Shown here in pieces: positions 45,322 through 55,536 of a stretch of 64,000 nt of DNA. Below the pieces are notes generated by a model, which did not search any database, was not told the origin of the DNA, and saw only the letters and a list, made by a program, of their open reading frames with translations. Within the stretch, counting starts at the first letter, position 1. Each line of letters starts with the position of its first letter. This stretch comes from Patescibacteria group bacterium (GTDB lineage Bacteria; Patescibacteriota; Minisyncoccia; Ryanbacterales; GWA2-47-10b): assembly GCA_038065475.1 (NCBI GenBank), contig JBBTQY010000005.1, forward strand, positions 2,793-66,792. The letters are read 5' to 3'. A program made the translations under genes and the position numbers.

Positions 45322-48150
45322 ATGAAATATAACGGATACAACAAAGGACTTGCAGCACTGACGACAACCGTTATCGTGCTTGTTGTTTTGGTCATACTTA
45401 TCGCAAGCTACGGGCTTATTACTTCGAGTGCCGCGCGACAATTTTCAAACGTATATCAATCAGCAAAATCGTTTTATGTCTCTGAGGCAGGTATTGAAGA
45501 TGGTCTCGCGCGATATCTGCGCTCAGGCGGCACGGTTACTGGTAGCTGGACACTCGCGAGTCTTTCATCGGGTACGACCGATGTTGCGATCAACGTAAGC
45601 ACACAGGCGACCCTCACGAGTGCAGGTGATGTAGGTACGCGCCAGCGCAGTATTCAGGTAACGATCAACCAAAACCCTATCTATACTTACGCGGGCATTA
45701 TAGGAGACGGTGGTCTTTGGATGTCAGATAGAACCGATATCAAGTGTGTGAGTGGTTCAGGTTGTAAGGGGGTTGATGAGGCGGGAGACGCCGGTACCAT
45801 TTGGGTCAACGGCCCGATTTGGGCCAACGGTACCGATGCGAGCGGCAAGTACGGATCTGGATCTGGTGACGCTCGTATCGTTGGACATGCGTATACTATT
45901 GGCAAAGTAGATATCCGACCATCTGAGAAAAAAGAGCCAAGCCCAAATACTGCCGAGCATAAGTTTGTATGTTTGGGGGTCGGTATTACCGATAGTGCAT
46001 GTACCATCAAAGCAACGGCTATCGCTCAAAAAGTTCGTATCCATGAAGGTGACAATATAACAAAGCGTTTTGGGTTTCGTATTGCGTATCATGGCAATGC
46101 GCATCAATTGCCAGGTACAAAGGCCTATCCAGTGCGACAGTCAGGGAGTGTTTGGGAATTTCCTCAGCGCATAAAACTTGATGCTGATATTGGAACCACA
46201 GCGCAAGATGAACGGCTATTTGCAAAATTTAAGATTGATACCAACCACGATGGTGTAGGGGAGACATTGCCAGCTGATACTCCCGATTGGGTATATTTCA
46301 GTGTACCGAGCGGCGGGCTTGCAGAAGTCGATGATGATGAGTCGGTATATATCGTGTTGCAGGCAGAGTCGTCGGGCGGTGACGCAAATAGTTATTATAA
46401 AATTTATTATGATGACAGCTCAGCGCCCGGATATATTCATACCGGCGGACAAGGGCAGTATATTACCAGCGGTACTTTTTGTCCGCCATCAGGTGCTTCT
46501 GATGATTGCTATTCAACATTGACGAGTGCGAGTACGCCAAAATTGCAAGATGACCAAGGAAATGACCGCGCCGATTTTCATTTTCGTCTTTACTCGCTTG
46601 GTTCGGAAGATGATGATTACGAACATTCATTGCAAGTGTTTGGTGAGCTTCATGCTGATGAGGCGATCGGCGCAACGGTTGTGGGTGAAGGATCTTCAGC
46701 TTCAAATAAAGATATAGCTTTTGTTGGGCGTCGTTTCGCATCTGCCTTTTGGAAAGATCGTAATGCAAACCATATGATTTGGGGATATAGTTTTGTCCAA
46801 CAGCTTGATAATTGTGATTTGGGTGGTGCGGGCACCGAGACCGTGGGAGACGATCTGGAGACGCGCCGTGGGTATCGCACGTTTTGTGATTCACAGGTAC
46901 GCAACGTACAAGATCCATCAAGTTTAAAATATGGTGGTTCTAATCAACGTCGTTTCTCAAACGGTGCCGCCTACCCAGTGCTGACTGGTTTTTATTGCAA
47001 TCCGTATAAAAATGCAAACAATGTCGAGTACGGTGGCAATCAAAATTCTTGCGTTCAAGATACCAATGGCGCGAGCGGGCTCGATCCCAACGGCCGCACC
47101 CCGTACCAGTTCAATGCACTTGCCAATTCAAGCGGTCGTGGGTGTTATGTCGCATGCGGATCCGGATTAAATAGTAGCTGCGGCGCACAAGATATTTTTA
47201 AAACACATTATGTATATCCCAGCCCCGATGCAGGTGCGTATGGTGAGCATCCATATAATTTTTGTAAGTATGCGGGCGGCACGCTCGATGAAGGATACGC
47301 GAGCGAGGCAGCTTTTAAATCTATGCTTGCGAGTGTGTATGGCATTGCAGCTGATGTACAAGATCTTTATCTTCCCAAGGCGCCGCCGCCAAAGGGCCCA
47401 TGGCCAATTTCTGATACAAAGATCAATGGGTGGGTTAGTTCTCTTTTTACCAATACTGCTCTCACAGACGGAAGCGCGGGAGATGATACTATTGGAGACA
47501 ATGCTTATACAATTAGGTCTTCACGCTCATGGCCTCCCGCAGGACAATCGACAGCGCCTGTAAAGATTACCGGTAATCTCGTCATTCGCAACGGTGCAAA
47601 ATTAACTCTCAACAAGGGCGCACATATTTATGTGACGGGTAACTTGCATCTTGTTGACGACCCTAACAAACTAGGAGGTACCATAGAAATGAACAATTCA
47701 AGTGGTGCGTCTGGTTGGGATGCTAATAATGTTGGTTTGGTAATAGTCGACGGTTTTGTAGATACCGAGAGTGATACTCAGCTTCTTGGTGGTAGTAAGT
47801 CACAAGATGAATATATGCTGGTTATTTCGCGCTCGACCAATATGGGCGAATTTGATCCTTATGATTGGGCGGCAGGAGGTGTACCGGCTGCGACTGAGTA
47901 CGACAAGGCAGCGATTTATGCACTGAGTCATCAAGACGATGGGGCCACGGTATCGTATTATGCTCCCTACGGTTCGGTGGTACTAGAGAATGACAGCAGC
48001 AGACCAAATGCTATGCAGATTGCAGCACGTAAATTGGTAATGCGAAGAGACACAGAGATATCATATGATTATGGTGTGCTCGATATGGTTTTCCCTGGGG
48101 GACCCGCGAGCGCTACCGGAATAAGTGACTATGATGAAATCGCGCCATAA
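45322..48150 (+). CDS. giant PilX_N-domain minor pilin / putative tip adhesin (~942 aa)
   Basis: Start reassigned to the ATG at 45322 (TGATCATG junction). N-terminus NKGLAALTTTVIVLVVLVILIASYGLITSSAARQFSNVYQSAKSFYVSEAGIEDGLARY matches the PilX N-terminal pattern. Long Gly/Asp/Ser-rich beta-type body. Confidence 0.7.
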   Translation: MKYNGYNKGLAALTTTVIVLVVLVILIASYGLITSSAARQFSNVYQSAKSFYVSEAGIEDGLARYLRSGGTVTGSWTLASLSSGTTDVAINVSTQATLTSAGDVGTRQRSIQVTINQNPIYTYAGIIGDGGLWMSDRTDIKCVSGSGCKGVDEAGDAGTIWVNGPIWANGTDASGKYGSGSGDARIVGHAYTIGKVDIRPSEKKEPSPNTAEHKFVCLGVGITDSACTIKATAIAQKVRIHEGDNITKRFGFRIAYHGNAHQLPGTKAYPVRQSGSVWEFPQRIKLDADIGTTAQDERLFAKFKIDTNHDGVGETLPADTPDWVYFSVPSGGLAEVDDDESVYIVLQAESSGGDANSYYKIYYDDSSAPGYIHTGGQGQYITSGTFCPPSGASDDCYSTLTSASTPKLQDDQGNDRADFHFRLYSLGSEDDDYEHSLQVFGELHADEAIGATVVGEGSSASNKDIAFVGRRFASAFWKDRNANHMIWGYSFVQQLDNCDLGGAGTETVGDDLETRRGYRTFCDSQVRNVQDPSSLKYGGSNQRRFSNGAAYPVLTGFYCNPYKNANNVEYGGNQNSCVQDTNGASGLDPNGRTPYQFNALANSSGRGCYVACGSGLNSSCGAQDIFKTHYVYPSPDAGAYGEHPYNFCKYAGGTLDEGYASEAAFKSMLASVYGIAADVQDLYLPKAPPPKGPWPISDTKINGWVSSLFTNTALTDGSAGDDTIGDNAYTIRSSRSWPPAGQSTAPVKITGNLVIRNGAKLTLNKGAHIYVTGNLHLVDDPNKLGGTIEMNNSSGASGWDANNVGLVIVDGFVDTESDTQLLGGSKSQDEYMLVISRSTNMGEFDPYDWAAGGVPAATEYDKAAIYALSHQDDGATVSYYAPYGSVVLENDSSRPNAMQIAARKLVMRRDTEISYDYGVLDMVFPGGPASATGISDYDEIAP

Positions 48151-48700
48151 TTATTATCTCGCAAAAGGCGTTTCTCTTATGGAGGCTGTAGTTGTGATGG
48201 CAATTTTTGCCGTTATCGTGGGTATCGTTGTTGTATCATATAGAAATTTTCTTGATGCCCAGCGATTGAACGCGGGGGTGGAGGGGACGATCTCAATGAT
48301 TCAAAAGGCTCGAGAACGAACACTTTCTTCTCGTGATGAAAGTGTTGGTGGTACTGGCAGACAGTATGGCGTGAGGTTTAATGCATATACGGTTGGTACC
48401 TTGCCAAACACGGTACAACTTCTCGATAAGACTACCGGGCTCGAGGCGGAAGACTCCGGAAGCCCGGGTCCCAAGGAAGAGACAAGATTTGCTATGCCGG
48501 CGGGAGTAAACATACAGACGGTATCCATCTTTCCCGCAGTAGTAGGAAATTTTGATATTTACTTCAAGCGTATTAGTGGTGATGTTACCAATTCTGCCAA
48601 CTCAGCGCTGTTTGCTGCAATTATCCAAATTCAGTCGAAAAATTCTGGTAAGTATAAAAGTATTACCGTTTATTCGACAGGTGTCGTCGAGGTTCAGTAA
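48125..48700 (+). CDS. prepilin-like protein
   Basis: LAKG|VSLMEAVVVMAIFAVIVGIVVV (Gly then Glu at +5). 191 aa. Several in-frame Met starts within the first 4 codons. Confidence 0.6.
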   Translation: MTMMKSRHNYYLAKGVSLMEAVVVMAIFAVIVGIVVVSYRNFLDAQRLNAGVEGTISMIQKARERTLSSRDESVGGTGRQYGVRFNAYTVGTLPNTVQLLDKTTGLEAEDSGSPGPKEETRFAMPAGVNIQTVSIFPAVVGNFDIYFKRISGDVTNSANSALFAAIIQIQSKNSGKYKSITVYSTGVVEVQ

Positions 48701-48741
48701 TATACCATTCTCAGAAGGGGCACAGCTGGTATAATAAAACC

Positions 48742-50007
48742 ATGCAAAGCTTGCGTGGTTTTTCTTTGGTAGAGGTTCTGGTTGCGATAGGTATTTTTGT
48801 TGCAGTTGCTATTTCATTTTTTGGAGCGACCGTTATCGCATTTGACGCCGCTTCACAAGCGGGAGACAAGATTGAGGCAGCTTTTCTTCTTGAAGAAGGT
48901 GTTGAGGCAGTAAAATTTATGCGCGATTCAAGTTGGCTGACCAATATTGCTCCGCAAGATATTTTTTATGAACAATGCCTCCGGGTAGAAAATACGACGC
49001 CCCCGGCCGCTCCAGGTGTGCAATTCACAACCAAACCCGTTGGGCTCAAGTTTTTGATGCATATGGATGCGACAGGAGGAACTGCGACTGTGGCGAGCGA
49101 CTCTTCGGGGGGCAATCATCACGGTATTATTCATCCTTCTGTTATCGTCAATGGTACTTTTGTTGGCCCTCGATACACAGCATTTAATTTCAACGGGGTG
49201 CAATCTATAGAGATCCCAGCTCATACTGATTTTACAAACCTCGGTTCTTTTACTGTTTCTGCATGGGTGAAGACTGCCAATGCAGGCTCAGGGTTGAGGC
49301 GAATTGTCTCTCAACAGTTTCTAACTAACTACTGGTATCTTGGTTTAAGAGATAACATTATCGAATTTGGTTCTTCCAACGATGCTCTCCAAATAACTAA
49401 AGGGTCTGCAATCAGTAGCAATCCTCCTGTCTGGCACCATGTTGCCGTCATCAGAGATATCGCGAGTCCATCCAAGAAGCTTTATTGGTATTTGGACGGT
49501 GTTTTAATAGGTTCCGAAGATATTTCAAGTACAGCGGTTTACAATATGAGTACCGCGCAGATTTTTATTGGAGGCAGAAATTTTGTGGGAAATAACTGTA
49601 CATTGAATTGTTACAACGGAGATTTGGATGAAGTTTCTCTCTATGATCGCGCACTCAGCTCTCTCGAGATTGAGTTATTGGCAAAACACAATATTCCCGC
49701 ATGTGGTTCTGAGCTCGGTTCTTTTATTCGTTCTGTACGCTTTACCAATGTATGCCGCACTGAGAGCGCGCAATCTATCCACGGCATTGCATACGCTGTT
49801 GATGATATTGTTGGTACAACGACTGCCACAACACTCGGCGATAATCTTTGTGGTTTTCCGGGGGCTCTCGCAAATAGCACGACGCTCGATCTCGATACGA
49901 AATATGCGCGTGTACGCACCGCATGGAAAAGAAAAGATAAATTCTTTGAAGAGGCAACAGAGTTCTATTTTGCTAATCTTTTTTCAGAAAGCAATGGAAA
50001 CAATTAA
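48742..50007 (+). CDS. prepilin-type protein with LamG/concanavalin-A-like lectin domain
   Basis: MQSLRGFSLVEVLVAIGIFVAV N-terminal motif. LamG-like segments GSFTVSAWVKTANAG...YWYLGL...LDEVSLYDRALSSLEI. Confidence 0.7.
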   Translation: MQSLRGFSLVEVLVAIGIFVAVAISFFGATVIAFDAASQAGDKIEAAFLLEEGVEAVKFMRDSSWLTNIAPQDIFYEQCLRVENTTPPAAPGVQFTTKPVGLKFLMHMDATGGTATVASDSSGGNHHGIIHPSVIVNGTFVGPRYTAFNFNGVQSIEIPAHTDFTNLGSFTVSAWVKTANAGSGLRRIVSQQFLTNYWYLGLRDNIIEFGSSNDALQITKGSAISSNPPVWHHVAVIRDIASPSKKLYWYLDGVLIGSEDISSTAVYNMSTAQIFIGGRNFVGNNCTLNCYNGDLDEVSLYDRALSSLEIELLAKHNIPACGSELGSFIRSVRFTNVCRTESAQSIHGIAYAVDDIVGTTTATTLGDNLCGFPGALANSTTLDLDTKYARVRTAWKRKDKFFEEATEFYFANLFSESNGNN

Positions 50008-50548
50008 GCTCCTCCCCGTAAAGTCTTTGCGGATAAAAAGCGGGCAAGCGGGATCTACGTTGTTTGAGGTTCTGGTATACGTCGCTATTTTTGTTCTCAT
50101 GAGTATCGCCGTCGCTCGAGGGTTTGGGCAGGCAGGAAGTCTTTTTACGGTATCGCGCAATGAACGCCGCGCGTCGAGTGTTGCTCAGGTGACGCTCGAT
50201 CGAATTGTCCGCGAGATACGTCTTGCCTGTGACGTCGAGAGTGTTACGCCGACGAGCATTCAACTGCGTTCCTATAGTGATTTTGAGCCCGCCACAGGGC
50301 AGGCTTGTAATACTTCAAAAACCATTAGCCTTGCGTCCCAGCGAATCTCACTCAATGGAGTACCGTTGACGCCTCTCGGAGGCGTCAGTATCAATGCGCT
50401 TCAGTTCCAATCAGTCGTGATGCCCGCGAATTTTGCGGGGTCACAAGCGGTACGTGTCGGTATTTCGGTGATTGCAGGATCGGGAAGCGGGCAGATTTCT
50501 CGGATGTATTATGCGACAGCGGTTTTGCGCCAAAGCTATGCTCAATAA
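49994..50548 (+). CDS. prepilin-type pseudopilin (184 aa)
   Basis: Start reassigned to METIKLL (49994). The ORF-track 49628 start overlaps the previous gene out of frame for 380 nt. GSTLFEVLVYVAIFVLMSIAVA motif. Confidence 0.55.
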   Translation: METIKLLPVKSLRIKSGQAGSTLFEVLVYVAIFVLMSIAVARGFGQAGSLFTVSRNERRASSVAQVTLDRIVREIRLACDVESVTPTSIQLRSYSDFEPATGQACNTSKTISLASQRISLNGVPLTPLGGVSINALQFQSVVMPANFAGSQAVRVGISVIAGSGSGQISRMYYATAVLRQSYAQ

Positions 50549-53339
50549 CACAAGAAAAAATAGGGCAGAAAACAGGGGTCACGTAGCAATTTTTACGGTT
50601 ATTCTTTTTCTTGCTGTTTCTCTGGTCATGATGGGCACCTTTAGCACGTTGGCGTTTTCTCAGTTGCGAGCGGCGCGAGAGATGATCAAAGGAAAGGCTT
50701 CATTTGCTACAGCCGAGTCGGGAGCCGAAGATCTTTCATATCGAGCACTCAAGGCTTTAAGTTTGCCGGTCAATGGGTCAGGTAAAAAACAGGCGATCGT
50801 GAGGCTCAATGGGGGAAGCGCTACTGCGGTCATGGATATTGATGGTTCGGCGAGTTCCAATTATCCGAAAAACTTTGAACTGTCTTCTTCTGGCAACGTT
50901 TCAAGTCGCTTTAGAAATATAAAATTACGATTTGAGATTCCCGACCCCAATCTTTCAGTAACCATTCGAGGTGCTATTGAGGCGGGTTACTTAGGTCTGG
51001 TGCTCGGAGGTGACGCGCAAATTCATGGTACCGGCGGATATGGCAAAGGTGATGTATTTTCAAATGGCAATATTGTGAGCTTGGGTGGTCGCCCTGTGAT
51101 CAACGGTACCGCCACAGTCGCGGAAGGTATCGGAGCCATTCCCCAACAGATTCATAATAATACTCTCGCTACCGCACCTACGTGTGCGGGATGTAAATTT
51201 CAAATTAGAGGTAATGATTTAGCCCAGGCGTTTCTTTCCAATACTACCGCTGAGATTTTGAAAATAAGGCTTTTTATGCAAAGAGTACAAACCCCAGCAG
51301 CTGGTATCGAAATAAAAATTCGTAGAAATATGCGGGTCAGAAAATCTGATGGCGCGACGTGTATACGTAAGGAGAATGCTAGCGGGGTGATGGTTGATTA
51401 TGTTGGAGGCGCTGAGCAGGTAGCTGGAGTATGCCAAGACTTTCCTGCGACGACAGGCAATGATGTCGCAAGTGCAAATTTCGCCGCAGGTGTTATGAAT
51501 GGTGCTACAAAATTACCTAATCCAAATGAATGGCGATGGGTTAATTTTGACATTACCTCCCCGGGTGCTCAGGACAATATGACGATGGATGAAAAGTTTT
51601 GGATCGTTATAGATGGGCAGTGTTTAGGATGTACCACGGCATACTATGAGATCGGCGGAGTTGACGGGGGTTACGGGTATGGAGGCGCAGACAAAGATGG
51701 TTTGGTGAATGTTGATTACGACACAGATCAAGGTGATGCCCCAGTGCTTTATTCGATGACTGCTTGGTCTCTTTTCCCCGCTCCCTATCCTACAGCTGTT
51801 ACTCCAGCTGCTGTAGACCTTGCGTTTGAGGTGTATATGGGGAATGTTGATACGGAGATTAATGCTGGGAATATTACTGACAATAATCTGCCTCTGCAGC
51901 GAGGAGTGGCAAATACGGGAGGTAACTCTTTGCAAATTGTTGGGAATGCGTTTGCTGAGAAATTACGAGCTGTGGCTGTTGGCGGATATGCGTGGTATAA
52001 ATTTCTCGATCCCGCTCAACCCACAGGTGAGGTAAAAGCCGGGGGTGATTATAATCTTGTGAGTGGGATAATCACGCCTCATGTGTCGCCTCCAAATCCC
52101 TATCCTAGAAGTACGTGGGTTGATGCGCTGGTTTTAGGGAAGGCCTATCATGATTTGGATGCTAACCAATATGTTTGTCATGATGAGTTTAACCATATAA
52201 ATGCGCAACCCTTGAGTAATCCGCCGGGTATCGGCGTATCTAATCAGGCGTATAAAAAACCGTGGGCGTCTACAGCGGGTGCTTGTAATCAGCCTCGCTA
52301 TACAACAGATGCACGCTGGTACTGTTGGGATTTTTATTGCTCGTGCAATTGGGCGGGTTCAAATACTGTCGCCGATGGACCAAGCGACACAGATGGCATC
52401 GATGATCCTTTTTGTCAGTATATTCCAACGTCACCTATAGATGATCCAGACGACAAAATCCCAGCCCCCACCGAACCTTTTGGTATCAAAGGCAAGAGAC
52501 TTCATGTCGACGAATTAAATAAATGGCGCGCTATGGCAAAGAGTATGGGAGTAGTTAATGTTGCAGCGGAGGCTCCGGGTGGGGGCACGCTTACTCTCAA
52601 TACACCAGCCGGCGTGCCTACCCTTACCGAAATACCGGGCACCACTCCTCTTACTATGACCCCCAATAATTGGCCCATTAAGGGCGCATATCTCGATGGT
52701 AATTTGACATTGGGAACTTCTGCTGAAATTCGGCTTACAGGATATTTAGACGATGCGACAAGAGTTAAATTGGGCTTGGGTCCACAATATACAGGCAAAT
52801 GCCCCTATATGTATGATACGTACCCTGTGGGCGACTCTCGGCGTGATAAACCATGCTATGTGCTATGGATTACGGGAGATCTTATCTTAAATGGAGAAGC
52901 AAACAGAATCACCGTAAAGCTCCCTTCAGGTAATAGCCCACAAATATCACCCTGGGCATTAGGGCAGGATTTTAATTCAAGTGTCGCGATTGTTGTAGAG
53001 GGAAAGGTAGTTATTAGTGGAGATACCACCATTATGGAGCCGCCTCCATCTATCGATAACGATAACGCTTTTTACATCGTATCTCTTAGTCCGAAAACTG
53101 GAGATACCGATCCCGCTATTTCTCTGAGCGGAGACCCAGAAGGATCTACGTTCTTTGCATATCGTGGTGGCATTAAACTTCTCGAAACCGTAAAGGTAAA
53201 GGCGCTCGCAGGGCAGGAGATACGCGCTACCGGTAACGTAAAGATATTCTTTGATGAAGGATTGCGTCAGCCAAACGAGGTAAATGGGACTAAATCTATC
53301 AGTGGGGCAAATATTACCCAGTATTACGAGAAGCAGTAG
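50538..53339 (+). CDS. second giant PilX_N-domain minor pilin / putative tip adhesin (~933 aa)
   Basis: Start placed at MLNNTRKNRAENRGHVAIFTVILFLAVSLVMMGTFSTLAFSQLRAAREMIKGKASFATAESGAEDLSYRAL, a PilX_N-like region. Overlaps the previous stop. Long beta-rich body. Confidence 0.7.
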   Translation: MLNNTRKNRAENRGHVAIFTVILFLAVSLVMMGTFSTLAFSQLRAAREMIKGKASFATAESGAEDLSYRALKALSLPVNGSGKKQAIVRLNGGSATAVMDIDGSASSNYPKNFELSSSGNVSSRFRNIKLRFEIPDPNLSVTIRGAIEAGYLGLVLGGDAQIHGTGGYGKGDVFSNGNIVSLGGRPVINGTATVAEGIGAIPQQIHNNTLATAPTCAGCKFQIRGNDLAQAFLSNTTAEILKIRLFMQRVQTPAAGIEIKIRRNMRVRKSDGATCIRKENASGVMVDYVGGAEQVAGVCQDFPATTGNDVASANFAAGVMNGATKLPNPNEWRWVNFDITSPGAQDNMTMDEKFWIVIDGQCLGCTTAYYEIGGVDGGYGYGGADKDGLVNVDYDTDQGDAPVLYSMTAWSLFPAPYPTAVTPAAVDLAFEVYMGNVDTEINAGNITDNNLPLQRGVANTGGNSLQIVGNAFAEKLRAVAVGGYAWYKFLDPAQPTGEVKAGGDYNLVSGIITPHVSPPNPYPRSTWVDALVLGKAYHDLDANQYVCHDEFNHINAQPLSNPPGIGVSNQAYKKPWASTAGACNQPRYTTDARWYCWDFYCSCNWAGSNTVADGPSDTDGIDDPFCQYIPTSPIDDPDDKIPAPTEPFGIKGKRLHVDELNKWRAMAKSMGVVNVAAEAPGGGTLTLNTPAGVPTLTEIPGTTPLTMTPNNWPIKGAYLDGNLTLGTSAEIRLTGYLDDATRVKLGLGPQYTGKCPYMYDTYPVGDSRRDKPCYVLWITGDLILNGEANRITVKLPSGNSPQISPWALGQDFNSSVAIVVEGKVVISGDTTIMEPPPSIDNDNAFYIVSLSPKTGDTDPAISLSGDPEGSTFFAYRGGIKLLETVKVKALAGQEIRATGNVKIFFDEGLRQPNEVNGTKSISGANITQYYEKQ

Positions 53340-53370
53340 ATCTTTTTATACTACGAAGGGTGGCAAGACT

Positions 53371-53388
53371 GGTGTATACTAAAAAGCA
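53371..53388 (+). promoter_or_regulatory. extended -10 element GGTGTATACTAAAAAGCA immediately upstream of the pilM ATG (likely a leaderless or near-leaderless start)
   Basis: TATACT at 53376-53381. The ATG at 53389 is 7 nt downstream, with no Shine-Dalgarno sequence. Confidence 0.5.
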
Positions 53389-54453
53389 ATGAAGCCGTTT
53401 TCATTTCCGGCAATTGGTGTCGATATATCTGACGAATCATTTAAATATATGCGATTTGCGGATATAGAGAAGCGTCGTGCTATCGGATTTTTTGGCGATC
53501 ATGATTTGCCAAGCGGATTGATTGTGGAAGGTGAGATCAAGGATGTACCCGGAGTCGCTAAAATCTTAAAAGATACCCTTCGCCCATTTCATCGCCATAC
53601 GCCTTACCTTATTTGCTCGCTGCCCGAAGAAAAGGGATTTTTGCGTCTTGTACGCATGCAGAAGCTGCCTGCCTCCGAGGTGCGCCAAGCACTCGAGTTT
53701 CAACTCGAAGAGCATGTGCCCTATCCACCCGGCGATTTGTATTTTGACTATCAGGTTTTACCGCAGGGTGCCGTACCCAAAAATGATATGCAGGTGGTGG
53801 TGACGGCATACCCAAAGGCTCTTATCGAGTCATATATTCAAGTGGTCGAACAGGCGGGTTTTATCCCTGTTGTCTTTGAGCTGGAATCGCAGGCGGTTGC
53901 ACGCGCCGTCTCGCCTCGCGGGAGTGCCGAGGCGATTTTGGTGGGTGATATTGGTCGCACGCGTACTACTTTTTCTATCGTGTATCACGGCAATGTACTT
54001 TTTACCTCAACTGTAAAAATGGGCGGCCGCGATCTTGATGCGACACTTCGCGATTCTCTCCATATCACTGAAGAGCAAGCGCGTGAGATCAAGATTGGCC
54101 GCGGTATCGATTTTTCATCAGAAGAAATTATAAAATCAATGTCACCCGCGCTTGCCGTACTCAAGACAGAGGCAGAGCGGCAGATTCATTTTTGGGAGAG
54201 GCGCCGCGAAGAGGGGGAGCCTGCAATCACCACGGCATATCTTTGCGGGGGAGATGCGCATCTCAAAGGGTTACCTGAGTTTCTCGCTCGCGATCTTGGT
54301 GTGACGGTTGAACGTGCCAAAATTTGGGAAAATCTATTTGATCTTACTCACTATGTGCCTCCGATGCGTGCGCACACCACGATGCGTTATGCGACCGCTT
54401 TCGGTCTTGCGATGCGGGGTGATGATGATTTGTTTTCCGACATACATATATAG
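53389..54453 (+). CDS. pilM: type IV pilus assembly protein PilM (actin-like ATPase fold)
   Basis: IGVDISDESFKYMRF..., 354 aa, actin-like fold typical of PilM. Confidence 0.85.
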   Translation: MKPFSFPAIGVDISDESFKYMRFADIEKRRAIGFFGDHDLPSGLIVEGEIKDVPGVAKILKDTLRPFHRHTPYLICSLPEEKGFLRLVRMQKLPASEVRQALEFQLEEHVPYPPGDLYFDYQVLPQGAVPKNDMQVVVTAYPKALIESYIQVVEQAGFIPVVFELESQAVARAVSPRGSAEAILVGDIGRTRTTFSIVYHGNVLFTSTVKMGGRDLDATLRDSLHITEEQAREIKIGRGIDFSSEEIIKSMSPALAVLKTEAERQIHFWERRREEGEPAITTAYLCGGDAHLKGLPEFLARDLGVTVERAKIWENLFDLTHYVPPMRAHTTMRYATAFGLAMRGDDDLFSDIHI

Positions 54454-54455
54454 AT

Positions 54456-55007
54456 ATGAATTTACTCCCTCCCCATTACAAAGCAGGTTTGCGCCTCGAG
54501 GCATGGAGACGGTTTTTGGTATTTTTCGGCATATATCTATCTGTTATTGGTGTTGCTGCGGTCATGCTGCTTTTGCCTTCATATTTTTTCTTGCAGTTCC
54601 AAATCGATGAGCTCAAGGCACTTGAGGAAACTACCAAAGCTTCTCCCGATTACAAGAGTATGGAAGAGGGCAAAAAGACAGTTAGTCGCGTCGGGCGGCT
54701 TCTTTCTACTACCAATCAGTTTTTTGTGAGCGATACCGAGGCGACCCCACTGATCGAAGATATTGTCTCCCGCATGCCTGCTTCAGTATCATTGTCAGAT
54801 TTTTCCTATTCGCGCGCCGAGGGTGCGCCTGCCACTCTCAAGTTGACTGGTATCGCGGGGCATCGTGATGATCTTACAAAATTTGCAGAAGATTTGCAGA
54901 AGAGCCCGTATATAAAAGAAAAAATATCTGTACCCGAGTCTAGTTACTTGCGAGAGTTTGATACACCGTTTGCGCTTTCGATTACCATCAGCCCTGCAAA
55001 ACAATGA
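54456..55007 (+). CDS. pilN: type IV pilus assembly protein PilN
   Basis: MNLLPPHYK N-terminus (INLLP-type), single TM, coiled-coil. Confidence 0.75.
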   Translation: MNLLPPHYKAGLRLEAWRRFLVFFGIYLSVIGVAAVMLLLPSYFFLQFQIDELKALEETTKASPDYKSMEEGKKTVSRVGRLLSTTNQFFVSDTEATPLIEDIVSRMPASVSLSDFSYSRAEGAPATLKLTGIAGHRDDLTKFAEDLQKSPYIKEKISVPESSYLREFDTPFALSITISPAKQ

Positions 55008-55528
55008 GCGATTTCCGAAAAAACTTTTTTATAACATTAGGAGTAGTCATCTTAGCCGCGTGTGTTTTCTTGGGTGTATTTTTGTATTTATTTTTGGGCA
55101 TTATATCACCGCTTTCCGGCGAGTTTCGTTTGGTGCAAGAAAATATTAAGATTGCAGAAGAGCGCATTGCCGATTTTAAAGGTCGCGTAGCGCCCGCATT
55201 GCTGCGCGAAGAGGCAGATATGGTAAAGATCGAAAAATCATTTTTTGTCTATTCTCCCGATACTGCAAAAGAGTTTATTATTTTTCTTGAAAATGCCTCA
55301 GCCAGAAATAATTTAAAGGGCGATATAGGAAGTCTTCCGCAGGCGACCTCGCCCATTGTCACCATGAATCTTTCTGGTAGTTTTCGCGACATTATTACGT
55401 TTTTGCGAGAGATTGAAAATGGGCCGCTTTTGCTGGCGATCAATAGTGTTTCTCTTCGTGGCGCGGGAGAGTCGATTGCGCTTTCTATCCAGATGCGCCT
55501 ACCCGTTCCTCCGCAGGGTTCGCAATAA
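55004..55528 (+). CDS. pilO: type IV pilus assembly protein PilO-like
   Basis: Single TM (ITLGVVILAACVFLGVFLYLFLGII), then a coiled-coil and an alpha/beta domain. Position follows pilN, with an overlapping stop and start. Confidence 0.6.
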   Translation: MSDFRKNFFITLGVVILAACVFLGVFLYLFLGIISPLSGEFRLVQENIKIAEERIADFKGRVAPALLREEADMVKIEKSFFVYSPDTAKEFIIFLENASARNNLKGDIGSLPQATSPIVTMNLSGSFRDIITFLREIENGPLLLAINSVSLRGAGESIALSIQMRLPVPPQGSQ

Positions 55529-55536
55529 TATTTTAT

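Noticed and set aside
49628-49993. N-terminal 122 codons of the 49628..50548 ORF
   Set aside because: This part overlaps the preceding LamG-pilin gene out of frame for 380 nt and lacks protein-like features. The prepilin-type N-terminus begins at Met 49994, 14 nt before the upstream stop, which is the typical coupled arrangement.
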